Assembly: GCA_964234715.1 (NCBI GenBank)
Contig: OZ174282.1
From: Podarcis melisellensis
Lineage: Eukaryota
Direction: 5' to 3' (one strand)
Length of the DNA stretch: 64,000 nt
Under the pieces are notes generated by a model, which did no database searches, was not told the origin of the DNA, and was given only the letters and a program-made list of their open reading frames with translations. Position numbers and translations under genes: made by a program. Of the stretch, positions 1 to 13,300 are shown in pieces; positions within the stretch are counted from its first letter, which is position 1, and each line of letters begins with the position of its first letter.

Positions 1-434
1 TCCCAGTTACAAGGAGTGTGATAGCAAAAATCTGAAATAGCATTTTGATAAAATAGAAATCACTGTTAGTTATTTCTCTTACACTTCTAAATGAAGTAAC
101 AGTGCCTATCACCCAATTTACTGCACTCTGTAGCTCAGGGGGGAAAACAAGAGCAACAACAACATCAGAATATACAAGATCACTGTGGTATTTATACATG
201 TTTCTACATTTCCCAAGCTTGAATGAGCAGTTTCTTCAGAAAGCCAACTAAATTAATAAAAGGCCAAATGAAAGGGTATAGAGTCTAGTTTTGTTTGACC
301 TTGCCTGCGTTTCAGTTGATGAGTAATCTTTTCCACAACGGCAGTTCTAACCACATTAAACCAAGCAGTCAAAGGCCCAGATACAAGAGAACGATGCTCC
401 TTTATTTTCCTCAATCTCAATATCCACCCCAACT

Positions 435-655
435 TGGGTGACTTTAAAAGAGAATTAGGCACATTCATGGAGGGCGCGGCTATCGACGGCTACGAGCCAC
501 GACGCCTGGGCTTCCTATCCGTAGTTGGAGGCAGCGATGTTTCTGAATACCAGTTGCTGGAGACCACAGGAGGGGAGAGCGCTCTGGTGCTCGGGTCCCG
601 CTTGCGAGAGCTTGGATGCGGGACCAGATGGCCGGATCCAAGAAGCTCTTCCTTC
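435..655 (+). mobile_element. CR1 LINE 3'-end fragment inside the TCF25 CpG island
   Basis: TTTAAAAGAGAATTAGGCACATTCATGGAGG...TTCTGAATACCAGTTGCTGG...GATCCAAGAAGCTCTTC matches other CR1 3' fragments in the window (e.g. reverse complement of 23380-23430; 13040-13195). Confidence 0.6.
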
Positions 656-1340
656 GCTCTTAATTCCAGCTGGAATCGAGGACCTGCGGACACGCAGCCC
701 AAGGCGAAAGCTTTGCTCTGCAGCCGCGACTTATTGCCGCACGGTCCTGGTGGAATCAAATATATGACCTGCGCAGGCAAACGAGGCATGCTCAGAGCCG
801 CCCGACTCGTCGGAGGCGTCCTCTCGGGCAGCGACGCGCACACGTCACGAAGAAGCGCCTCTGCTCTCTTTCGGGTCCTCCAGGCGGCTTCCGGTCCGTC
901 GGCTTCTCTTGCCCGGGGTGCTACGGTTCTATTATGTCGCGACGGGCCTTGAGGAGGCTGAGGGGGGAGTCGCGGGGGCAGTCGCCTCTGGGAGGCCTCG
1001 ATGTGGGAGGCGGCGGCGAGGAGGAGGAGGAGGAGGAAGAGGACGGAGGAGGTGGAGGAGAAGGCGAGGTGCCGTCGTTGTCGGGGGCTGGAGGCAGCAG
1101 GAGGCGGCCCCGGCAGGAGCCGGCGGGTCGGGTCACCAACCTCTTCGAGCTGGTAAGGGTCGGGTCTGCTGAGCTGCCGCCAGTGTGGCCCTGAAGCGGG
1201 AGGGAGGAGGCTTGCCATAATGGCTCAGGAAGAAGGAGAAGAAGAGGCAAAGGCCCGCCGCCCGCTTCAGCTTCCGCTGCTTTCCCGTAGTAGCCTGGCA
1301 GATGTTTCCAAGAAGCTCAGAAGCGGCAGGGCGTGATGGC
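470..1340. promoter_or_regulatory. CpG-island promoter of TCF25
   Basis: Dense CpG/GC-rich tract around the TCF25 ATG (934); ETS-type TTCCGG at ~889, TGCGCA at ~770; no TATA box, typical of a housekeeping promoter. Confidence 0.75.
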
Positions 1341-4300
1341 AGGCAGCAGGCTTTTTATGCTTCTGAATGCCAGCTGAGAGAGTTGCTGTTGAGCTCCGGT
1401 CCTACTTGCATGCTTCCCATAGGCCTCTTGATGCTGTTGGACTAGATGGCCCTTTGGCCTGATCCAGCAGTTAGGCACTTCTTATGTTCTCCCTACCCCA
1501 GCAAATGGTATTCAGTTGAATACCCTCGCAGTATGTGGAGGTTCCACTGCTGGCTGTCATAAAGGTAAAGGGACCCCTGACCATTAGGTCCAGTCGTGAC
1601 CGACTCTGGGGTTGCAGTGCTCATCTCACTTTATTGGCCGAGGGAGTCGGCGTACAGCTTCCTGGTCATGTGGCCAGCATGACTAAGCCGCTTCTGGCGA
1701 ACCAGAGCAGCGCACGGAAACGCCGTTTACCTTCCCGCCAGAGCGGTACCTATTTATTTATTTGCACTTTGACGTGCTTTCGAACTGCTAGGTTGGCAGG
1801 AGCAGGGACCAAACAATGGGAGCTCACCCCGTCGCGGGGATTCGAACTGCCGACCTTCTGATCGGCAAGCCCTAGGCTCTGTGGTTTAACTCACAGTGCC
1901 ACCCGTGTCCCTAGCTGTCATAGCAAATCAGAATTTCCTGACTGATCAGCCCTAAGGTCATGTAGTCCAGCATCCTGTTCCCCATAGTGACCAAGCAAAT
2001 GCTTTTGGGAAGTTTAGAAGTAGGACCTGAAGGCAACAGTCCCCCTCCCCCCCCAAAAAATGACTTTGTATTGGGAAGCTCTATGTGCCATGAAGTTGCT
2101 TTCTTAAAGCAAGCTGAGCTATTGGCAAATATTGTGTGGTGACATGAAGTTAATTTCTCCATTGCATGAAATGCACTTTCCTGTGACTGCTGCTAGTCAG
2201 CTTTGTTTCCTGGCCCTGCATTCTAATATTATAAGGGAGAGAGAAATAATTGGGCCCGTTTAGTCTCTTTTCTTCTCCTCCCCCCCCCCCCGTTTTATAA
2301 ATTTGGAAAGCCATCTTATATAGAATCAGGCCATTGGTCTGTCTAGCCCAGTAATGTCTACTCTGAGTGATAGTGGCTCTCTGAAGCATCAAACCAGAGG
2401 GCTTTCCTGGCCCTGCTTTCTAAAGTGTGTTTTACAAGAAATTGAACTTGTGGTTTTCTCTATCAAAGCATGACTTATCACCAGGCTGTGGTGTTTCCCT
2501 TTTATATGATAAGTGAAAGAATCCACACCTCTGCATTATTCTGCTATTCTGCAAAATGAAACAAACATAACCTGTGCTTTTATTTCACGGAATGATTAGG
2601 GAATGTGTCCTATTTGTTCAACTAGACTAATTTTTACCTGCACAGATAACCAATGAAGAAGCAGAGGATGATGTAGCATCTAAAGAGGACAAAGATGATT
2701 CCAGGCTGCAGGAGGAGGGTGACACAGGGAACAAAGAAGGTCTCAAGACTGACAGGCGGAGAGAAGGAGACGAGACAGAGCAACCGGACCAGATGGCAAG
2801 TACCCTGTAGGCAGCTGGGACAGTAACACACATAACTGTGCAAAAGAGTAGTGAGTGCCCCAGATGTATCCCTGGAAAAGGCAAGGTGCTCTTTCCTTGG
2901 GAAACCTTATACATATAATGTGAGGCTGTATAGATTCTGCTTCCTGGACAGGAAGACTGCTGTGACATAAACTCCTGACAAACTTTACTTTCAGGAGTCA
3001 GATGTGCTACATGATTGCATCTCATTCCTAGGATAGCCACTATGCAAATGTGTCCTGTGTGTTAGAATGTGTGAATCAAGAGATGATTGATTTAAAAAGA
3101 AATGCTGAAGTAATGCTGAAGTTTTTCTCAGAACTAGATCCCTTAGTTATGTTTCTGCTTCTGATTTGATGCTGCAATATATGTATCTTAATTGTACCAT
3201 TCACTTTTATTTTTAAAAGCCTATTTCAAATAACAAATCACGAAAGAAAAAGAAGAAAAGAAAGAATAAGAAGAATGCATCTGGCGAGTCTCTGGTAAAT
3301 ATGAACTAAGTTTGTGGGTTTAGCACCCAGAGGGGGATGCCAAGTGAGGCTGGCTAATGAATATAGGAAGGATAAGACAGGGCTGGATGAATGGAACCCT
3401 CCTGGCCCCCTTGGGATTTGAAATATTTATATACCCTTGTGTAGGATTGGCTCTTTAAAATGTGGTGGGAACGTAAATTCCAGCCCCAGTGAAAGCTGAC
3501 CAGCTAGATGTAGTGAACAGAGACTAGATGTCGTGACAGATACACAGCCACACCGTATTGGTAGAAGAGGGTGAAGAGACGTGTTCTAGGACAAGTTAAA
3601 GCAGTATGTTTGGGTATGTGGAAGGCATTACAGACATCTTTATCAGGGGCTGCATCTCAGAAGATTGCAGCTTTCTTTGTAAACTTTTATGTTTCTTAAC
3701 AGTGCCCTGGAGACGAGGACGATGCAGAAGACATTGAAAGCATCCTTGTGAGGATTGAGAACTCCAATGGGCCACCTTGCCAGAGCCAGAGCACAGTTAT
3801 CACGGACCATCGGCCTTTGCTCTACATAGAGCACAGGTAAGAAGCCGAGTCTTACAAAGGCGTTTTCCTAACCTAGGGACACTTGGGACTGGGAGCATGT
3901 TGACCAAATGAAGTCTGTGGCTTGTGGAATGTTTTGGGAGGAACCAAAATTCCTGCACAAAAGTACTTTTGCTTTAGAACGGAGGTGGCTAAGCTGCAGC
4001 CTTCCATATGTTGCTGGCCTACTGCTCTCAGCATCCCTGACCATTGGCCATGCTCAGTGGTCACAGGTTTCCTCCTCTGCTTTAGAGAGTGCTGTTAGAG
4101 CTTTTGTTGCTTCCTTTTTCCATTTGTTTTGCATTTAGAAACCATTCACAGAAGTCCTTTATCTTCCTAATAAAGTCCCTGTTTTATATTGTCACATCTG
4201 CATGTATTCTGTGTGCTGTGGAGGTTTTGATATCAGGAGTTTCTGGAGATGCTCTTTATTTGCCAACAAAGTACCTTCCAACATGCAGACAGTATGTCTT

Positions 4301-7300
4301 CCCCAAAGATGAATGGGAAAAACAATCAGGGTCAGTGAGCAACTCATGTCTGGGAGATGAGGCATGTTTTGCCACCTACCTTAGATTTTCCCATTTGCTG
4401 CTTTGTAAACTATTAAAGAGATTGGAGAAGGACCTGGTTGCTGCTGTGGGGAGTAGGAGTCCATGCTAGATGGCAGCATATTATAGTCAAGGTAGTACCC
4501 GTCAGATGTTGTGGACTGCAGCATGTTGATGAGTATTGGCCATACTATCTGGGGCTGATGGGAGCTGTGGTCTGCAGCATTTGGAGGGCACCATGTTGCA
4601 TATTCTTGACTTAAGGGCATGTCCTCCAGCCATACCAACCAGCACTTCTTGCACCTCCTGTGCTGCTGCTACAACGGTGTCTCCAAATCCTTGGCCTGTC
4701 AAGTTACACCTGGGAAGGGAGAGCTGAAGCAGCTCAGTAGATGTTCCGTGTGTATGTGTGTGTTGTTCCTCCCAGAAAATAAGGCATGCCTCACAGGAAG
4801 CTCAATGCAAATACAATGAATTGTTGTCTTTTAAAATCATACATGTGTGGTGTATCCTCAAAAAGTGGGAGTGGTTGTGGTAGGCAATAATTGAACAATG
4901 GAACTTGAGCATCTCTTCTTCACCTTCTCTGGTGGCTAAATTGTCTAGCCTCTTTCCTATTTCAGCTTTTGCTTCTCCCCAGACTCCATGCACTTCTCAA
5001 TAGTCCTCCTAGTTTTTGGTAAAACTTCTCAACAGTCTGTGGAAAAACTGAACTTTTTAAAGAACAAACAAACATATTTTTATTAAGGATTTCTCGGTTT
5101 ACAAAAGTTATGTGCAATGTCTCTTTTTTCCAGCTACATTGTCTACAGACCAGTTTCATTTGCTGAGACATTAGTGTAACATTAGGAAGAAAAGGGGGAA
5201 AGAGGTGGAGGTGGCATGATGAGTGGGCGTTATGTAGAAGGGCAGATCAAATTACAAGCTTCCCTCAGTTTATTATTACTGCAGCATTTTACATGAAAGT
5301 CGCACCATTTTCACTCTGACCATTGAAATGTCTGCCTTAAGCCCTCCTTTCACTTGGGGGGGCGGGGGTAGTGGACCTGCCTGCATATTTCAAACCTTTC
5401 TCCTCAACAGGGGTCAGAAATATATTTTGATCAAAACAGAGAGTTACATTCTGAGAGGTCAGAATTCTGCACCGTATTTCAGAGAGTGCAACTGAATTTC
5501 AGCCCTGTTTACAGTTGCTTGTAGGATTGCTGGCAGTTTAGTGGTGTGTTAGATGTCTTGCACTGTTTGATCAAGAGAGGGCAGTATTGGCATTTTCTGT
5601 TTAGAAGCTATTTTGTAGCAATACTGAAAGGGCAAGGAGTAGTGAGATGAAAATACCGTATTAAGCTGCCCTGCTTCTTGCTGTGTTTGTTTACTGTGGT
5701 CCCTATTGCTTCTGCCCTTTTAAATATAGCCTCTGCTCCTCCAGTAGTAGAGATAAGTGAAACACTCAGAAGAAGTATGGAAAGAAATGTAAGGCTAGGT
5801 AGGTTGTTTCAGCAAAGGGGTTGCTGAATATACCTTTTGGGGAGGGCATCTGCCATGTCTCCCTTCCTGTAAGCTTGAATCTGTCTCCCAGAACATCTTC
5901 ATCAGGGATAGGAGAATTTGTGGCCCTCCAGATGTTGCTGAACTCCAACTTCCATCATCCATGACCATTGGCCAGCAATCTGGACAGCCATAGGTTTCCT
6001 GTCCCTGACTTACGCCTAAACAAACTGAAGCAAATTGGTGTTTGTCACCTGGCTGCCTCTGGCTCCATCTCTGCTCCTTCTCTTGTTGCATAAGAAGAAC
6101 CCTCTTGGAACAGGCCAAAGGCCTGTCTGGTTCTCAAAGTGGCGAATCAGATGCCCAGGGGAAGCCCAGAAGCAGGACCTGAGCACAACGGCGCTCTCCC
6201 CACCTGCTGTTGAATTTTATATTGTAAGCTTCTCAGGGCAGAGACCTGTTTCTTGTTCTTTGTATATAATTAATAGAAATAATTTAAATAAATAAATAGG
6301 TGGATTTGTATTACAAATTTTTTCCAGGAACTTGAATCCAGAAACAGAGCTGAAGAGATATTTTGGGGCCCGAGCAGTTCTTGGTGATCAGAGGTAAGTT
6401 CAAACTCTAGAAGTGTGAAGCATGTGCATAGTTAGGTCCTGTGGGAGACTAAAGCATCTGCCAGTTGTCCTATAAAAAACATACTTTTTGCTTAAGCCTC
6501 TTAGGCTGAGGAACTCTGAATGCCTCTTGCTTAAGACTCCACTTTTAGACTGTCTCTGAGACAAGGGATGTTGTGGAGATCTCAGACATCACAGAGTGCT
6601 GAAGACGAGGGAAATGGGACCTCAGCACAATAGCTTCAGTGTTTCCTTAGAGATAGTGTCAGTTTTTAACCCTTTGTGCTAATCTAAACAATCTCTTTAA
6701 AGCCCAGCCTACAAGTGTGAGGTGCCTGGATGCAGACAAGTACTTGTAGGTCATTCGAATGTGGTAGGAAAGAGGACATGGTGGTGACTTTGAACCATGA
6801 TTATGCTGCTGTTCCAAGTGCAGGAAGCAGCCTATAATTTCTTCAGGAGGGCAGGGAGCCAACACAGATACCTGAAGGTTCAGGAGCCATGGTCCCAGTT
6901 CTGGTAGGCACAAACCAGTAGTGTGCTGCTGTCCTAAATACCTGTCCTGTTGAGCTTCTTTTCCCTCACCGCCTTGCCATTCCCCAAGTATCAATTAACC
7001 AGCTGAATTTACTGAGGCACTACATATGACTCTCTAGTTTGTTTACAAAGAGCGCGTGAGCAGCTTGCAGCGTTGGACTTAAACAAGTTTCCTCTCTGCG
7101 TGGGAGATCTTGTGGGTGTTTGCTTAGTTTTGGTGCATTTTGTAATTTTTTGTGCTGTGCTAGTTGTTGGTGCGTATAGTGCTGCTTGCTTCAGCAAGAT
7201 AGCGGCATCTACTGGCAGAGCACAGCAAAGTGTAGAGCAGCCTTCACTAACCTGGTGCCCTGGTTTGGACTACAGTTCCCATCAGCCCCAGTCAGCAAAC

Positions 7301-10300
7301 TTGTACTGACTGTGGCTGATGGGGGTTGTGGGAGACAACAGGTGGGGAAAGGCTGAAACAGAGAGAAATCTGCTAATGAAAAAGATGGCTTTCTAGTTAG
7401 GTGGGAAGGAGATGATATCTGACCTTCCTAATTCTGAGAGACCAGATTATATTTATGATACACAAGCAGGTAACCACAGGAGGAAGCCAGGGTAGGTCAG
7501 TCACATGACAGAGTCCTTTCATGGTAAAAGAAGGCTCCAAATGAAGCCATCAGCCATGTGGACTAGAAGACCAATCGGGAAATTAGATAAGGGCTCAGGT
7601 AAATAAATGCCCCTTGAGACAGGGCTCATTGGAAATCTGGGTAGGAGATGAAATGCTGAGCCATCATATGAAGCAGATTGAAAATTGCATTTTTTGTTCT
7701 GTTTTTAATGTTTTAATGAGGGGGGAATAATGTGTGTATTTTTATTGTTTTATTGGAATGTGGCCACTCTGAGATTGTTTGCATTAAAGAATGGGATATA
7801 AATTTTATAAATAAAATAAATATCAAAAGTAATTTTCATCAGTATGTTCAGCTAAAATAACATTGTATTTTAATATTTTGTTGGAAGCTGCTCAGAGTGG
7901 CTGGGGAAACCCATCCAGATGGGTGGGGTATAAATAATAATAAATAATTATTATTATTGTTATTATTTTATTTTGCCTGAGTGTCTCTGTTTGTTTGTGT
8001 ATGTGTATGTGTCTCTGTCTGTGTCACTGTGGTAAACCTTGTGGTATTCATTGGTCTTGCATTCAGTCTCCAAGTTCTATTTCTTCTGCAGGCCACGGCA
8101 GAGGCAGCGCCAGTATGTCCGCAGCACATGGCTGACAGTGCCTAAGAACACTTGGCCACGCCATAGCAAAACAGGTGAGAGGCTTTCCCCGCTTCCCTCA
8201 GGTGCTCTGTGGACTCCCACTGGCTTTACACCTGCGTTGGAAACACATGCCTGGTTGCTGATTCCATCTTCATAGCTGTTACTTTAGTGCAATCTTCCCC
8301 TTCCACTTAGTTTCCTCCAGATGTTTTGGACTAGAACTCCCATCATTCCCAGCCAATTTGGGGCAGGCTGCTTTATTTTGTGTGTGAGGAAGTACATCTT
8401 CACATGTCAAGTAGCAGGACCTCATGTGCTGAGCTGACATGTAGGAGCAGTGTTTGTATGTCACTCCACCCACCTTTCTCTTTATGTGACCAAAAGGAGG
8501 ACTCTTCCTCTGTGCCTGGAGTCATTGCACAGTCTAGCTTTCTGGAAGATGTCGGAAAGGAAAATTTATCTCCTTACCCAAGTATCTATAACCCTGACTG
8601 CCCACGCTTCTTTGCCTGTGTGCTTGCTTGGAGCCTCAATTTGTTTTTAAGTCTGGAGAAAGCAAGAATCCTTGCTTTGGCGCAAGAGCAGGAAACCTTT
8701 GACCTTCCAGGTGTTGCTGAACTACCACTCCCATCAGCCCCAGCAAGCATGGCCAGTAGCCAGGAATGATGGGAGTTGTGGTTCAGCAACATCTAGAGCA
8801 GCCTTCCTAAACCTTGGGTTCTTAGATGTTGTTGGACTCCAACTCCCCCTAGGGAGTCAACTAACAGAACTAGTTAAGTTGGGTTGGGCATGTTCCCTTA
8901 GGTGCTGTAAATATATTGCATCGTGCATTAACAGCCCTCTTTCTCTCCCTTTCCCATCCCCAATTCTGCCTAGGCATATCCATGGCGCTGCTAGAAACAA
9001 AGCGAGGGGTACAACACTTTGCATTTGAGCACCATCGAGAATACCAGCAGGTGCAGTTCAAGTTCTTGGATGCCGTGGAGTCCATGGATCCAAACAATCT
9101 GGTGGTAGGTTCTCAATCGGACAAGGCCCTGCTGTGATGATCAGAACCCACCTGTAAGAATGGCAGCCATTTTTGCTGTTGCCAGTACCTGGTCTCTGAA
9201 CATCCAGCAGTCTGCCAACCTGTATTGTAGCAGGCGATTGCGTGTTGAACGTTTTACAAGAAGGACCCTCCTACATCAGAGCAATGGTCCAGGTAGCTCA
9301 GCATTCCATCTGTGGAATTGCTCTGACCCAAGGCTGGCAGTGGCCACTGTAGAAGGTTCACAAGCAGGGCATGTATACTGTGATGTCCTTACACTCTAGT
9401 GGTCAGAGGTGGACAGCTGGAAAAAATGGTTGCGGCCAGCGTGGGCAAGAAGTGCCATGTCTTGGGACCAAATGAGATGTTTCTTTGCTCACGTAGTTTG
9501 CCATGGTTTGCAGGGGCAGGGAGCGAAGTCAGATTGTATCCCTTTGCCCCATAGCCACAGTCATGATCATAATTTCTCCTCTCCATGCACAACCTGATGG
9601 GGAGCTTCCTTTGGTATTCCCCATCAGCAAACAGAATAATTGAATTGTAGGCATGGGTGGGTGAGCGATTCTGGTTGTGAATGTGACAGGGGGAAATGGT
9701 TAAGAAGGCTCCTTCCCCTTCTGTTTTTAAACTCAAACACAGCAGAAAACAAACTGCATGACAAATGTCTTGTCTAGTTTGGTCTTCGGAGTACAGGACA
9801 ATGAGTTTGTTATTACATGGAGATATATGACAAAAAATGGCAAACCCTGCTGCATTCTGGCTTCTAGTCCTTCACGGTACATAGCATAGTCACAGATCCT
9901 GCATCCTTTTGCCCAGATCTTATGCACAATGTTTGCCCATGTTTGTAAGATTTGGACTGAAGGGTTCCGTGACTAAAGAGACCCTTGTTGGTGGTGGGTT
10001 TCTAAAGCATTATCTGCTGCCATGTTTTTGTGTCTTGGAATATTTTGCTACTAGTGACTGATGTTTTCACTTAATCCTTTTCCAAAAGCAAGCTATATTG
10101 GTAGCATCACAACAGCCTGAGGCAGTGAATTCCAAAGGCTGACTCTGTATTTTGTGGGAGGGTAGCTGGAAGTTCCTCCTTTGTATCTCTCTTTCTGAAA
10201 ATTCAAAAATCACTTTTGGGATTGCGATATAATTATGTTCGTTGACGCTTTGGTCTGTACTCCTGGTCCTGTGGGGAATCATAAGAGTTGGAACGAAAGC

Positions 10301-13300
10301 CCAAGGGTCATCTAGTCCAGTCCTCTGCAATGCAGGAATCTCAGCTAAAGCATTCATGACAGATGGTCATCCAACCTCTGCTTAAACACCTCCATTGAAG
10401 GAGAGTCCACACCTCCCAAGGGAGTCTGCTCCACTGTCAAACAGCTCTTACTGTCAGAAAGTTCTTGCTGGTGTTTAATCTGCTTTCTTGTAACTTGAAG
10501 TCATTGGTTCGGGAAGAGGCAGTCTGTTCTGTTACTCTATGGAGCAGAAATCTGATGTGGAACAAGGCTCTCCTGCAGTGCAGAGGTTGCCCTGCCTGTC
10601 ATAAAGGAACTTCATTTCCACATTGGGCTTGCAGCCATTGTTGTTGACCTGGATGAACTCATCCATAAAGCAAGCCCCTGGCTGAGGACGCCCCTCCTGT
10701 CTGGGAGAGAAGGTGGGGGTGAGCAAAGAGAGCACTGAGTGGATTCTAACAAGCAAGATTTGAATAGGCAGCTGTGCTATTTTTAAACTTCTTTTTCCAG
10801 ATTTGAAGAAAGGAGTGCCTAATTTCTCTTGGTACTTTAGCAGAACAGGCTCTGCTTTGAGGCTTTACTGACCATATCCTGGTGAATTAAGTTGGGCAAC
10901 AACTTTGATGGTACACACAAAGCAGGCAAATCATTCTTGGCCTAATATTAGCATAATCAGGACATTGAGCTTGGAGAGCCCCCAGCCTCCCCCCCTTCCC
11001 CTTCCCCGATGAGGGCAAACACAGCTCTTTGAAACTTCACTGTTCTGTTTTTTAGATAGAAGACCCTTTGTCTGGGGAAGACTCACGCTTTGCACTCTCA
11101 CCACTCATTGCTTGGGCATGGGATCTGTGCTTGATGGGCGTCTTTGGCTTGGGGAAAAACAGAAGGCAGCAGCTAGAAGCTGCAGCTTTGCAAATTCAGA
11201 TGACACTCAGTTGTCGCAATGCAAGCCTTGGCACAGTGGGTCATGGTCAGACCAAATGTCTGCTGAGTTCAGCATTCTGTGGCCTACAAGTGGTCAGACA
11301 GAGACCCCACAACTAGAGCTGGGTAGTCCTGTTATTTCCCAGCTAATTGTGATCGGGATAGGGGTGAGTTGAGGTTGCAATTTGCAGGCATCAAAGCTTA
11401 TGCTGTGTGCAGCCCCTTAGGCATGGTACGACCCTGTTCTGTCCTGTCCCACCAGCATGTGCCACCCCCACACCACACTGCAGCTACCTTTGCTTCCTTC
11501 AGCTCCAAGGGGTTAGGCCCTTGTTGACCAATTGACTAGTCAAGGTGTCCTAGTGTAACTCCTCAGGTCATCAACTGCCTCACAGTACAAGTTCTGAAAT
11601 TAGTTGTCTCGTATGCATATGGTGGTGCCTAATCAGGCTGACTGAAAACTTTGTAGTGATCTTGGTCAGCCCCTCCCCACCCCCACCCCAGAGATCCCTC
11701 TCTAATCTTAGATCTGTTTTCTTGCACCATTCACAGTTGATGGGCTTGGGAGTTCATTCAAGGTGAAGTGCAGCCCATTGCAATTTCACTTAATACACCA
11801 CTTCGGAGCAATCAAAGAACTGAATGTTTCACATCTTGGAGTAATTGTTTGTTCCCTAGCCTGTTATTATGTAGCCGGCTGTTTTCATGAAAAGTCATCC
11901 TCCGGATCAATAAAATATGAAGAGAAGGAAATGGCCATGTCACAGATTTCAAAATGGTTGCTTCATCTGTCTGCTTTCAGCTTTTGCTCCAGATGAACCC
12001 TTCGCATGTAGACTCACTCTTACAGCTCAGTGACGTCTGTCGGATGCAGGAGGACCAGGAGATGGCCAGAGACCTTGTCGGTAAGAAGCTGAGGGCAGCC
12101 AGAGTAGAAGCTGGGAGGGCTGTGCTGTCTTGCTTGAGCTACTCCTGGAATTATGGTTCTCCCCAAAACGGAGGAGGGAGTCTAGAAGGATGCATGTGTT
12201 CTAAAGAGGGCCATGCCTTCCAGAATAGGGGATTGTGGGAGCCATATGTGTCACCAGCTAGTAATCCAGAGCATTGCTCTTCACTCCCTGGGATGCAACT
12301 GTTTCATAGGACACCTGGATTAGGAAGCACCTTCCACTTCCTCTTTAGAGTCAGACTTGAAGGGAACAGGGCCTTCTCATTTGTGGCACCTCATCTATGA
12401 AGTCCCCTTTCAGTTCATCGTGTTCCCACTCTAGCCATTTTGACAACAGTAGAATACTAATTTTAGTAGTTCTAGCATTTAGTGGAATCTGGGTTTAATG
12501 CTGATTTGACAGAAATGGGTTAACAATATTTTAACAACAACAAAAACTCCAAAGATGAGTGGTGTCTCCTGCCTCCAGGACAGGGGTAACCAATATAGCG
12601 TCCTTCAGATGTTATTGATCCACAACTCCCAGCATCACCAATGGTCAGAGATGATGGAAGTTGCAGCCTACAACATCCAGGTGGCATCATGTTAGCTACC
12701 CCTGCTCTGGTGCTACAGGAGGGAACACACACACCAATTTCCTAGGTAGCTTGGACCAGAGCGGGATTGCACTTGCTGCTACCTCTGCCTGACCTTTTTG
12801 CTGCCACCTAAACATGATACCCACAACAGCAAAAACCAACACTAAAACTTGCTTACTGTGTGTTATTAAATCTGTATTGCATAGTTTGTTTACATTGCAT
12901 AGTGTATATATTAGATTTCTGTTCTAATACTTCAAATGCATTTGCATCATTCAGGCAGCTTGCAACAGTTCAAATCACAGTATCATTAAAAATCTACAAT
13001 ATTGTTATGTCGGTGCTAGAAATGGAGGAAGGCCTGTCCACCACAGCTGAATACCAGTTGCAGAAAATCACAGAAGTGGGGACTGCTCTTGTACTTGAGC
13101 CCTGCTTGCTGATTTCCCATAGGCTGGCCCTGTGAGAACAGGATGCTGGACTAGATGGGCCATCGGTCTGATCCGGCAGGCTCTTCTTAAGTTATTATGA
13201 TCTAAGGCAGCATGCAAGTTGGTAGGGAGGTGGTATCCTGCACCCAAGCCTTATGGGCTTAAAGTATTAAAATTTAATACCTCGCCTTGTTTTTGAAGAA

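Noticed and set aside
490-1218. 242-aa minus-strand ORF and 172-aa plus-strand ORF over the TCF25 promoter
   Set aside because: Low-complexity, stop-poor products of a GC-rich island, antisense to TCF25 exon 1 and a CR1 relic; no recognisable domain.
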